From contig DATKWT010000058.1 of NCBI GenBank assembly GCA_035529395.1, positions 1 to 56,399 of the forward strand: a stretch of DNA of 56,399 bases, written 5' to 3'. Made by a program: the position numbers and the translations under genes. This DNA is from Dehalococcoidales bacterium (GTDB lineage: Bacteria > Chloroflexota > Dehalococcoidia > Dehalococcoidales > Fen-1064). Shown in pieces: positions 27,588-35,426 of the stretch; the first letter of the stretch is position 1, and the number at the start of each line of letters is the position of its first letter. The notes under the pieces are model-generated. The model was given only the letters and a program-made list of their open reading frames with translations. It was not told the origin of the DNA and did not search any database.

Positions 27588-27725
27588 AGTGCTAGTGTAG
27601 TGCTTCCTATATATCGTTATTTTGTATGACGATGCTGATTCCAAACCCTTAATAAGGACGGCTCGACTGGGACCTACTTTCGAAGTCTCGGCAAACTAAC
27701 GTACCGTTAGAAGCACTACACTAGC
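27588..27725. repeat. Long-range inverted repeat (16-bp perfect arms)
   Basis: GCTAGTGTAGTGCTTC (27591-27606) pairs with GAAGCACTACACTAGC (27710-27725). The arms are separated by about 103 AT-rich nt. Confidence 0.6.
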
Positions 27726-27750
27726 TCTATCGACGGATTTCCACGTCTTT

Positions 27751-27925
27751 GCGAGCGATCCTGCTGGTAAAGCCAGCAGGCCGAAGCGAGCGCCACTGAG
27801 TCCAGTGGCGCGCAATCTCACCTCCATTTCCATAGATTGCGGCAATCCCGTAGGGATTGCGTGTCCTTCCAGAGAAGGACCATGTCGCCTCCGGCTCCTC
27901 GCAATGACAGGTAAGGTCTCCCCCA
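27751..27925 (-). repeat. REP-like hairpin module cluster (same module family as 15510-15780, mostly opposite orientation)
   Basis: Modules are CTGCTGGTAAAGCCAGCAG, GCCACTGAGTCCAGTGGC, GCAATCCCGTAGGGATTGC and GCTCCTCGCAATGAC. Compare the modules at 15572-15590, 15625-15644 and 15705-15722. Confidence 0.7.
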
Positions 27926-27945
27926 AAGAATCGACGGGTCAGGGG

Positions 27946-27971
27946 AGTACGCGTACTAAAGTACGCATACT
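27946..27971. promoter_or_regulatory. Two adjacent 12-bp palindromes AGTACGCGTACT and AGTACGCATACT (candidate operators)
   Basis: 27946-27957 is a perfect palindrome and 27960-27971 is a 1-mismatch variant. They lie immediately upstream of the -35 of the MaoC promoter. Confidence 0.5.
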
Positions 27972-27972
27972 A

Positions 27973-28000
27973 TTGCACATCATTCCGGTTGTGCTATAAT
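27973..28000 (+). promoter_or_regulatory. Promoter of the MaoC dehydratase pair
   Basis: TTGCAC (27973-27978), a 16-nt spacer, then TGcTATAAT (extended -10, TATAAT at 27995-28000). Confidence 0.55.
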
Positions 28001-28044
28001 ATCAGACGAACGCTTACTGACGCTATAACAAAGGAGGTGTAGTT

Positions 28045-28509
28045 ATGACAGAAGACTCGGTAATTACGGATGAGATGAAGGCCGCTATCGGCGTGGAATC
28101 GGAACCCTCCGTATACGAGATTGAGAAGGAACCGATAAGACGGTGGGCGGAATCAATCGGTGACCCCAATCCACTCTACCGTGATGAAGAATACGCCAGG
28201 AGCAAGGGGTACCGCAGTATCATTGCACCACCGGGCTTTATGGCCCAGTACGCCTTCCCCGTCAAGGCTGGCGGCGGACGGCGTAGTTTCCAGAGCCCGT
28301 TTACGCGTATGCTTAACGGCGGTAATGATTACGAGTTCTTCAAGACGATACAGGCAGGCGATACCATATCCGCTACTGGCAAGCTCGCCGAAATCCGCGA
28401 GAGAACAGGCGGCATGGGCAAGATGCTAATCATCATCAATGAGACCACCTTTAAGAACCAGGGCGGAGAGATAGTCGCCAAGGCACGCAGCACTGGCATC
28501 AGCTACTAA
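28045..28509 (+). CDS. MaoC-family hotdog-fold dehydratase, N-terminal-type subunit
   Basis: 154 aa. IRRWAESIGDPNPLY... is typical of MaoC_dehydrat_N / HadA-like proteins. An AAGGAGG SD is present. Confidence 0.75.
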   Translation: MTEDSVITDEMKAAIGVESEPSVYEIEKEPIRRWAESIGDPNPLYRDEEYARSKGYRSIIAPPGFMAQYAFPVKAGGGRRSFQSPFTRMLNGGNDYEFFKTIQAGDTISATGKLAEIRERTGGMGKMLIIINETTFKNQGGEIVAKARSTGISY

Positions 28510-28534
28510 CTGCCGGGAAGGAAAGGAGAAGGAA

Positions 28535-28966
28535 ATGGCTGAACAGCTTTACTTTGAAGACGTACAGGAAGGAACAGAGGTAACCCCACTGGCGAAGAAC
28601 GCCACCACCCAGCAGCTGGTACGCTGGGCCGGGGCCTCCGGAGACTTCTATCAGATACACTACGACAAGGACTTCGCCCTGGGCAATAACCTGCCCGGAT
28701 TAATCATTCACGGAGCCTTGAAGAGCGCCTGGCTGGGCCAGCTCGTCGGAGATTGGGCCGGTAATGAGGGTATAATAAAGAGCTACGGCTGCAGCTACCG
28801 CGGCATGGACATCCCCAATGACGCTCTCACCTGCAAAGGTGTGGTGACCAAGAAGCATGTTGAGGGTAACGAGCATATCGTGGAGTGTGATATCTGGCTG
28901 GAGAACTCCAAGGGTGAAAAGACTACACCCGGCACCGCCGTGGTCGTTCTCCCCTCGAAGAGCTAG
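28535..28966 (+). CDS. MaoC-like (R)-specific enoyl-CoA hydratase hotdog subunit
   Basis: 143 aa. GASGDFYQIHYDKDFA...IIHGAL is the MaoC dehydratase active-site region (D...H). A GGAAAGGAGAAGG SD is present. It is paired with the upstream hotdog gene. Confidence 0.75.
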   Translation: MAEQLYFEDVQEGTEVTPLAKNATTQQLVRWAGASGDFYQIHYDKDFALGNNLPGLIIHGALKSAWLGQLVGDWAGNEGIIKSYGCSYRGMDIPNDALTCKGVVTKKHVEGNEHIVECDIWLENSKGEKTTPGTAVVVLPSKS

Positions 28967-29082
28967 CTGCCGTCAGTACTTTTGGTCTGACTGACACTAC
29001 GAATTCAATAATTACGGGTCAACAAGAAGGTTGTCGGACTGTCCCGACATCATCGTCAGGGCTGCCGGCAACCTTTGCATTC

Positions 29083-29706
29083 TTAGAACCTGTCCTCCAG
29101 GCTTTTACGGCGAAATACGTGACCCCAGTTTTCCGCCTTGCCCCGCATCTCCTTCAACCGTGGGATATACCTGATAAGCGGTATCAGCAACAGCACCACG
29201 GAGAAAACGATTAGCTCCCACCTGTCATATTTCAACCAGCCGACAAACGGGAAACAGAGCAGTGGCAGACTATAGCTAAAAGTGGGATAGCGTGTTAGCA
29301 GCAGAGTCAGCCCGAAGATACCAAGGTAAATTGGTATGCCCCACGGCATTACGAAGAACAGGATACCAATACAGGTTGCGCCTCCCTTACCACCACTAAA
29401 GCGCAGAAAGACCGGGAAACTGTGGCCTAGAACAGCGGCTCCACCGGCGAGGAACTGCACTATCTCCGGCACGCCAAAGGCGCCAGCCACCGCGACTGCG
29501 GCAGCCCCTTTCCCCATATCAATCGCCAGGACAAGGGCACCCCACCAGAAGCCAACGTTATAGAAGACATTCATCGCACCCATGTTCCGGGTACCTATCT
29601 CACGAATATCCGTTCCTTTCCTCAGCCGACCGATAAGGTATGCCGAGGGAATGGAGCCGAACAGATAGGCAATCACCAGCGCCAGAGCAATGAGGACACC
29701 TTCCAC
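29083..29706 (-). CDS. plsY: Glycerol-3-phosphate acyltransferase PlsY
   Basis: YLFGSIPSAYLIGRL...DIREIGTRNMGAMNV and GGKGGAT are PlsY motifs. The protein is a 207-aa multi-TM protein. Confidence 0.9.
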   Translation of the reverse strand: MEGVLIALALVIAYLFGSIPSAYLIGRLRKGTDIREIGTRNMGAMNVFYNVGFWWGALVLAIDMGKGAAAVAVAGAFGVPEIVQFLAGGAAVLGHSFPVFLRFSGGKGGATCIGILFFVMPWGIPIYLGIFGLTLLLTRYPTFSYSLPLLCFPFVGWLKYDRWELIVFSVVLLLIPLIRYIPRLKEMRGKAENWGHVFRRKSLEDRF

Positions 29707-29807
29707 TCCACTACCCCCTATTCACCTTTTTTACCGGGAAATCTGGTACTACGACCTCTTTCTTTCCCAACCTTTGCGTGCATTGAGGATAGACTATACG
29801 GCATTTA

Positions 29808-29874
29808 CCTGTCAATAAAGTTCCCGGCCGGAGATTGACAACAGCGTGCCATGAATATATTGTTATTGACAGGA
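29808..29874. promoter_or_regulatory. 11-bp perfect inverted repeat bracketing a TTGACA promoter element upstream of the DUF1847 gene
   Basis: CCTGTCAATAA (29808-29818) and TTATTGACAGG (29864-29874). TTGACA at 29835-29840 lies between them, with TATATT/TATTGT -10 candidates at 29856-29863. Confidence 0.45.
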
Positions 29875-29993
29875 GCGCTTCCCCAGAGCATTCGAAATTA
29901 ATTTGAAGGCTCTTAACAGGGGCATAGAACTGGCAAAGAGTTAGGCCGGAAAATCACAACAAGTCTCATGTATTTCGACAAGGAGGGGACTCT

Positions 29994-30680
29994 ATGACTG
30001 AGAAGGTCGAGTGTGCCAGGTGTGACAAAGTAGTGTGTGGCAGCGAGCATTCTCAAGAAGGACCATCAAACTGCCCGACCAGGACAAAGTCAGAGGTTAT
30101 CAATCGAGCATTGCAGGAATACGACAAGCCGGAGATAAGGGAGTTTGCCCGGCAGGCGTCGATTCAAGAGTCTGAGTGCTACATGAACCTCCCCGAGGGC
30201 CTTACTACCCGTTACCCGAGGGTAGAGGAGACAGCGCAGTTCGCCAGGAAGATGGGCTACAAGAAGCTTGGTATTGCCTTCTGCGACGGCCTGAGGGGTG
30301 AGGCCGAAACACTAAACACAATCCTGGAGAGGAGAGGCTTCGATGTTGTGTCCGTTTGCTGCAAGGCAGGCGGCATACCCAAAGAGAGGATAGGCATCAA
30401 GGACGAGGAAAAGATAATAAGCAAGTTTAGAGGCCCAGGTAATTGGGAATCGATGTGTAGCCCCATATCCCAGGCTGAAATATTAAACGACGAGGGCACG
30501 GAGTTCAACGTGCTGGTGGGACTTTGTGTAGGGCATGATTCGCTGTTCTTCAAGTACTCCCAGGCCCCGGTGACCGTGCTGGTGGCCAAGGACAGGGTCT
30601 TCGGTCATAACCCGGTGGCAGGTCTGTATCTCTCCCCTTCGGTCTACTATCGCAAGCTACGGCGCAAGGAGACCGTTTAA
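29994..30680 (+). CDS. DUF1847-like metal-binding protein
   Basis: The Cys-rich N-terminus (CARCDKVVCGS...NCP) and the conserved CVGHD region match my recollection of DUF1847. An AAGGAGGGG SD is present. Confidence 0.6.
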   Translation: MTEKVECARCDKVVCGSEHSQEGPSNCPTRTKSEVINRALQEYDKPEIREFARQASIQESECYMNLPEGLTTRYPRVEETAQFARKMGYKKLGIAFCDGLRGEAETLNTILERRGFDVVSVCCKAGGIPKERIGIKDEEKIISKFRGPGNWESMCSPISQAEILNDEGTEFNVLVGLCVGHDSLFFKYSQAPVTVLVAKDRVFGHNPVAGLYLSPSVYYRKLRRKETV

Positions 30681-30829
30681 GGCGGGGAAGAAGTGGGTAC
30701 GAGCTGTCGGAGTAGTCCGCTGGCACCCATCGGGTCATTGCCTGGAATGCTCCGAAGATTCACAGACCCGGTATCATTATTGAACCATCTGTCTTCTTGC
30801 AGACCAGGAGACTGCCGATATGTTGAACT

Positions 30830-31318
30830 CTATCTTTGCCACTTGCCAAGGGACATCCGATACAGCAGGTAGTCAAAGGAGTTCCCCGCTAGGTTGCCCA
30901 GCCGAACCATCCGGAGCACCAGGTCAACGGCTTCCGCCTTTTCAACACCATATGTCTCCTGCAGCTTCAGAACGGCCTCGGGGCCAGGATTAGCATTGGA
31001 TTCAGCCCAGTGCTGTGCATAGATGACGGCCAAGCCCTCTTCCTTGGGACAGACGTCAGTATCTCCCGATAATAGCTGGCCGATTTCTTCCTGGGTAACC
31101 CCGCTTTTCAAAGCCTGCCTGGTATGAAAGTAGGAACAATAGCGACAGCCGTCTACTGCCGTTACAGCGAGCATGAGCCTTTCCTGGAAAGCTGGTGATA
31201 TCAGTTCCTTACTCTTTAATTCCCTCAGTCGTTTCCTGTGCCTGATAAGAAAGCACAGATCAGCGAAGAATTCCCTGATGCTGCCATATGTTCTTTTCTT
31301 GAATCTCATGGCCGACAC
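30830..31318 (-). CDS. Carboxymuconolactone decarboxylase/AhpD-like family protein
   Basis: 162 aa with the CRYCSYFH (CxxC...H) AhpD-core motif. Confidence 0.7.
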   Translation of the reverse strand: MSAMRFKKRTYGSIREFFADLCFLIRHRKRLRELKSKELISPAFQERLMLAVTAVDGCRYCSYFHTRQALKSGVTQEEIGQLLSGDTDVCPKEEGLAVIYAQHWAESNANPGPEAVLKLQETYGVEKAEAVDLVLRMVRLGNLAGNSFDYLLYRMSLGKWQR

Positions 31319-31847
31319 TGTTGACCTCAGCTAATGAGAACAGGATGAAGAATACAGAATATGTATAATGACAGTATAGTATCAACGATTACAGAAAGTC
31401 ATCCCGGGGAGGGAGAGAAGCCATTTCTGCTCCTATCACACCCCGTCGCATTTTGCAGTTACTGCGTTCGCCCGGGCATCCTTTACTACACGGCACGACA
31501 CGCTGAAAATGTCGTTTGCTCAACTCCCCCGGCCGGATTGACTCCGTGTAGTAGTGTCTGTATGATTCAAGATGCATTCCCCGTTTCATGTAGCAGGACT
31601 TACGAAGCGAGCGAGACTGAACGGCTACGGAAGGATTCTCTGGGCTTAAGCACGCTATGCTGATGTTTGCGGTAACGGAGAGCTAACGGCTGTGATTGCA
31701 CGACGTCGCTTGACTTGCCAGGGCACGGTCCAACTGCTTGAGATGGTCAAGAAGTAACCTCGCCCATGGTTTCATTGGGATTGGGTTTGTATCAGACAGT
31801 ATCAGGCAATACGCTCTCGATGAGAGCAGCAAGGGAGGTAAGTACCG

Positions 31848-33008
31848 GTGAATCTGAAGGACAGGTACGCCATTGTTGGCGTGGGCTATACCCCGCAGGG
31901 ACGCGTGCCCAACAGGACAGCCTTGAGCTTTCATGTAGAAGCAGTCAGCAATGCCATCAAAGACGCCGGATTGGGTAAGGACGACATCGATGGTCTGATA
32001 TGCTATCGTCACTTCCCTTCTCTTGGCGGCGAACCTGATGTAACACCCTACCTGGTGGCACAGCAACTCGGACTGGCCCCTAACGTAATGAGCCAGGAAG
32101 CCAATTGTGCCCGGAGCCAGCTTCTCAATGCCCTGGGCTGGCTTGAAGCAGGACTGTGCAACTATGCAGTCATCTCATATGCCCACAACCCACTCTCGGG
32201 AGGGCGTTTCTTCGGACAGCGGATAGAGGACCACAATAAGGCGGTCTTCGGACAGTTCGGGGCAACATCCGGCTATGCCATGGCTGCACGAAGAGCCATG
32301 CACACCTTCAAGACCGGTCCGGAAACATGGAAGCATATTGCCGCAGGTCAGAGGAAGTGGGCCAATCTCAACCCGATGGCCATGATGCATGACCGCACGA
32401 TGACCTTTGAGGACTACTACAGCTCCAGGTGGGTGGTGGAGCCGCTGAGACTCTTCGATAACTGCCTGGTTACTGACGGCGGTCGTGCCTGTGTGATAAC
32501 CTCTGTTGAGCGGGCTCGTGACTTGAGACATCCGGTGGTCGCCATTATGGGAATAGGGCAGCACAACCCGTCCTGTGAGATTGAGCAGGCAACCAATATG
32601 GCTGGCCCTACCGGTGCGAAGATATCGGGGATGACAGCACTGTCAATGGCCGGGATTACAGTGGATGATATCGATGCCTGCGAGATATACGACTGTTTCA
32701 CCTACACGGTAGAGATTACACTACAGGACTACGGTTTCTTCGGACCCGGGGAGGGTGAGGATTGGTTCAAAAACGGCACTATCGAGCCGGGCGGCAGCAT
32801 GCCGGTCAATACGTCCGGCGGTCAACTCTCGGAGGCTTACTTCATGGGCCTGACGCAGCTCACGGAAGCGACCATGCAGTTGATGGGCAGGTGTGGGGAG
32901 AGACAGTTGGGGCCCAGGACCGACACCAGGACGCCTGAAATTTTGCTATGCAGTGATAACGGTGGCATACTCCAGACCCACGCGACCGCCATCCTAAGGA
33001 GGTTGTAG
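31848..33008 (+). CDS. SCP-x type thiolase-like protein
   Basis: AIVGVGYTPQG, ANCARSQLLNALGWLEAGLCNYAVI (nucleophile Cys region) and a C-terminal NTSGGQLSE are present. GTG 31848 has an AAGGGAGG SD. Confidence 0.8.
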   Translation: MNLKDRYAIVGVGYTPQGRVPNRTALSFHVEAVSNAIKDAGLGKDDIDGLICYRHFPSLGGEPDVTPYLVAQQLGLAPNVMSQEANCARSQLLNALGWLEAGLCNYAVISYAHNPLSGGRFFGQRIEDHNKAVFGQFGATSGYAMAARRAMHTFKTGPETWKHIAAGQRKWANLNPMAMMHDRTMTFEDYYSSRWVVEPLRLFDNCLVTDGGRACVITSVERARDLRHPVVAIMGIGQHNPSCEIEQATNMAGPTGAKISGMTALSMAGITVDDIDACEIYDCFTYTVEITLQDYGFFGPGEGEDWFKNGTIEPGGSMPVNTSGGQLSEAYFMGLTQLTEATMQLMGRCGERQLGPRTDTRTPEILLCSDNGGILQTHATAILRRL

Positions 33009-33015
33009 TCTAAAA

Positions 33016-33423
33016 ATGACCTATCAGAAACCGTTACCTCAGCCGAATGCCGATGACAGGTTCTTCTGGGATGGTTGCCGGGAGCACAGGCTGCTGTTTC
33101 AGAAGTGTCTCAATTGTGGTCTGGTTCGCTGGCCGCCTTCAATACTCTGCCCCAACTGCCACTCTCATGATACTGAGTTGGTACAAGCCACCGGGAAGGG
33201 CACGGTGTACACCTATGCTATCTACCACCAGGCGTATCATCCAGGATTTGAGGGCGAGGTGCCCTATGTAACCGCAGTGATTGGACTTGAGGAAGGGCCT
33301 CATTTCCTCAGCAACCTTGTTGGCTGCGAACCCCACGAGATTGAGTGCGATATGCCCGTGGAAGTAGTCTGGGAAGACATCACCGGGGAATTCAGTCTTC
33401 CCAGGTTCAGGCCGAGGTCATAG
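33016..33423 (+). CDS. DUF35 Zn-ribbon/OB-fold protein (thiolase partner)
   Basis: FWDGCREHRLLFQKCLNCGLVRWPPSILCPNCHS is the rubredoxin-like zinc ribbon, followed by an OB fold. It starts 7 nt after the thiolase gene. Confidence 0.8.
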   Translation: MTYQKPLPQPNADDRFFWDGCREHRLLFQKCLNCGLVRWPPSILCPNCHSHDTELVQATGKGTVYTYAIYHQAYHPGFEGEVPYVTAVIGLEEGPHFLSNLVGCEPHEIECDMPVEVVWEDITGEFSLPRFRPRS

Positions 33424-33432
33424 TTCCCACTG

Positions 33433-33532
33433 GTACTCAGTTGCAGAAATACCAGGTAGTATGTTCCGCAGGGTGAGACCCTTCGGCTTCGGCCTGCTGG
33501 CAAAGCCAGCAGGTAAACTCAGGGTGACACGT
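33433..33532 (+). repeat. 100-bp REP/MITE-like element copy
   Basis: It aligns with 15510-15609 at about 89 of 100 positions by eye. It fills the gap between the DUF35 stop and the GNAT start codon. Confidence 0.75.
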
Positions 33533-33536
33533 AATC

Positions 33537-33971
33537 ATGAATGATTTCACCTGCAAACTGGTCACCAGTGACATGGAACTCCAGAGTGCCTTTGGTGTCA
33601 GGCGACTGGTCTTTGTCCAGGAGCAGGGTGTCGCTGAAGCCCTTGAGTATGACGGCCTTGACGGCGAAGCGTTGCACGTTATTGCTAGAAACAGGGATAT
33701 AGTCGTTGGTACGGCCAGGGTCAGATTTCCGACCCACAACCAGGCGAAGATAGAAAGGATGGCCGTTCTGGAACCGTTCCGGCGCAAAGGTATCGGCAGC
33801 GCCATTCTCTCCTTCGTGAAGCATGAGCTAAGAAACAGAGGTATAGAGCAGGCGGTCCTGCATGCTCAGACAACCGTCACCGGGTTCTATAGCTTGCACG
33901 GCTTCCAGGAAACAGGCTCTCCCTTCTGGGAGGCTGGTATCGAACACATGGAGATGTGGATGAAGCTCTGA
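33537..33971 (+). CDS. GNAT family N-acetyltransferase
   Basis: 144 aa. RRKGIGSAILSFVKHELRNRG is the acetyl-CoA-binding motif A, and the overall pattern is YjcF-like. No SD is visible, because the repeat abuts the ATG. Confidence 0.75.
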   Translation: MNDFTCKLVTSDMELQSAFGVRRLVFVQEQGVAEALEYDGLDGEALHVIARNRDIVVGTARVRFPTHNQAKIERMAVLEPFRRKGIGSAILSFVKHELRNRGIEQAVLHAQTTVTGFYSLHGFQETGSPFWEAGIEHMEMWMKL

Positions 33972-34191
33972 AACAGGCCAATGCGGATACACTAACCTTG
34001 TGACGACAGATAGGGCTGAGACTGACGACGTGGGAACCAGTATTGAGCCTGAGAAAACCCAGCCCCTCTCGTCTCTAAATGTACCCGTGCATGTCCAGTA
34101 CAGTCACTGGCTGGAGGTAAGCGGCTTCACTGATGAATGCCTTCCAATAAGTACCGGGGCTAGAGGTCGATACCTTCAGTACTCTCATTCC

Positions 34192-34219
34192 TTGACGCCG
34201 GCTATTACGGTCGTATATT
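34192..34219 (+). promoter_or_regulatory. Candidate promoter for the SDR gene
   Basis: TTGACG (34192-34197), a 16-nt spacer, then TATATT (34214-34219). Confidence 0.45.
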
Positions 34220-34297
34220 CTGGCAGCAGAACCCACCGGAAGCATTCTACAGGGTTCGGACCCGGTATCTCAGCGCCGTCTTTGAGGTGATGGAAAA

Positions 34298-35056
34298 ATG
34301 AGGCTAAAGAATAAGGTTGCAGTAGTGTCAGGAGCCGGTTCGATAAGACCCGGTATGGGTAACGGCAAAGCCACGGCGATTCTCTTCGCCAGGGAAGGGG
34401 CCAGGGTCATTGCCGCTGACCTGAATCTGGAGGCCGCCGAGGAGACCGCAGGCATCATTCACAGCGAAGGTGGTGAAGCTGTCGCAGTCCAGGCCGACGT
34501 CACCAGTGAACAGGGTGCCAGGAAACTCGTAGAGACGGCAATCGCCACCTACGGAAAACTGGACATTCTCTTCAACAATGTCGGTGGTGCCTACGGAGGT
34601 ACCGGCCTCAAGGTTACCGTCGAGGAGTGGGATGCGACGATGGACCTCAATCTGAAGAGCGTTCTCCTGATGTGCAAATACGCCGTCCCCGAGATGGTCA
34701 AGAATGGCGGCGGCACGATAGTCAACAACTCGTCTATGGCAGCCTACCACTCCCACGGTATCTACGCCTACTCGGCGTCCAAGGCCGGCGTCATTGCCCT
34801 GACCCGGTGTCTTGCCGTCGCCCTGGCGAAGGACAACATCAGGGTGAACTGCGTGGCCCCGGGCCTCATGGACACACCCCTGGTAGCGCCGATTATGACC
34901 GAGAAGCGTATTCGCCGTGTTGAGGAAAGGGTACCGCTGAAACGACACGGCAAAGCAGAGGAGACAGCAGCGACAGTGCTGTTCCTGGCATCGGAGGATT
35001 CTTCCTACATAACCGGGCAGACGATACCCATTGACGGCGGCCTCTCCGCCCAGTAG
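34298..35056 (+). CDS. SDR family oxidoreductase (FabG-like)
   Basis: Contains the VSGAGS...G glycine-rich loop, NNVG, and the catalytic YSASKAGV (YxxxK) motif. Confidence 0.85.
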   Translation: MRLKNKVAVVSGAGSIRPGMGNGKATAILFAREGARVIAADLNLEAAEETAGIIHSEGGEAVAVQADVTSEQGARKLVETAIATYGKLDILFNNVGGAYGGTGLKVTVEEWDATMDLNLKSVLLMCKYAVPEMVKNGGGTIVNNSSMAAYHSHGIYAYSASKAGVIALTRCLAVALAKDNIRVNCVAPGLMDTPLVAPIMTEKRIRRVEERVPLKRHGKAEETAATVLFLASEDSSYITGQTIPIDGGLSAQ

Positions 35057-35358
35057 GCAGATAGCCTGCTCTTCGAACAGCTGTCCGAGACTGACCATAG
35101 GGTGCCAGAGCGACACCTGGCAGGCTGCCTCCGGTTTCCTGTCCCACAGGGGCCGCATACTTTCAGCGTATTACAGCCCTGACAACCGACATCTTTGAGT
35201 GTGCGCACAAGCGGCATAAAGCCGTCGTTGCTAACTACCTTCACCAGAAACGCCTGGATGTCACCCGTCTTCTCAGCCATAGTCAACGGAACCCGGAGAC
35301 CGGAACCAGTCGTCGCCTCTACATGGATGGCAGCCAGAGCCATGAATTCACCGGTCAC
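35005..35358 (-). CDS. Hypothetical Cys-rich protein (uncertain)
   Basis: The first ~70 codons look coding-like (ALAAIHVEATTGSGLRVPLTMAEKTGDIQAFLVKVV...CQGCNTLKVCGPCG). The tail overlaps the SDR 3' end by 52 nt and looks non-coding. No family was recognised and the SD is weak. Confidence 0.25.
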   Translation of the reverse strand: MTGEFMALAAIHVEATTGSGLRVPLTMAEKTGDIQAFLVKVVSNDGFMPLVRTLKDVGCQGCNTLKVCGPCGTGNRRQPARCRSGTLWSVSDSCSKSRLSAYWAERPPSMGIVCPVM

Positions 35359-35426
35359 TCACATAACCGCCGGGTTACCACTGCCAACACACAATATGAT
35401 AGTATTCGATGTACAGGGAGGGCAGT

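Noticed and set aside
31389-31589. tmRNA, because the minus strand contains GCAAACGAC... resembling a tag-reading-frame start
   Set aside because: There is no tRNA-like acceptor or T-arm (no GGTTCGA-type sequence, no CCA end). The would-be tag does not end in the usual hydrophobic ALAA-like tail.
34008-34070. TPP riboswitch, because of two CTGAGA motifs within a GGGCTG...CAGCCC stem
   Set aside because: The remaining THI-box consensus (the ACCTGATCTGGATAATGCCAGCG-like segment) is absent. The site is also downstream of a gene and upstream of the better promoter at 34192.
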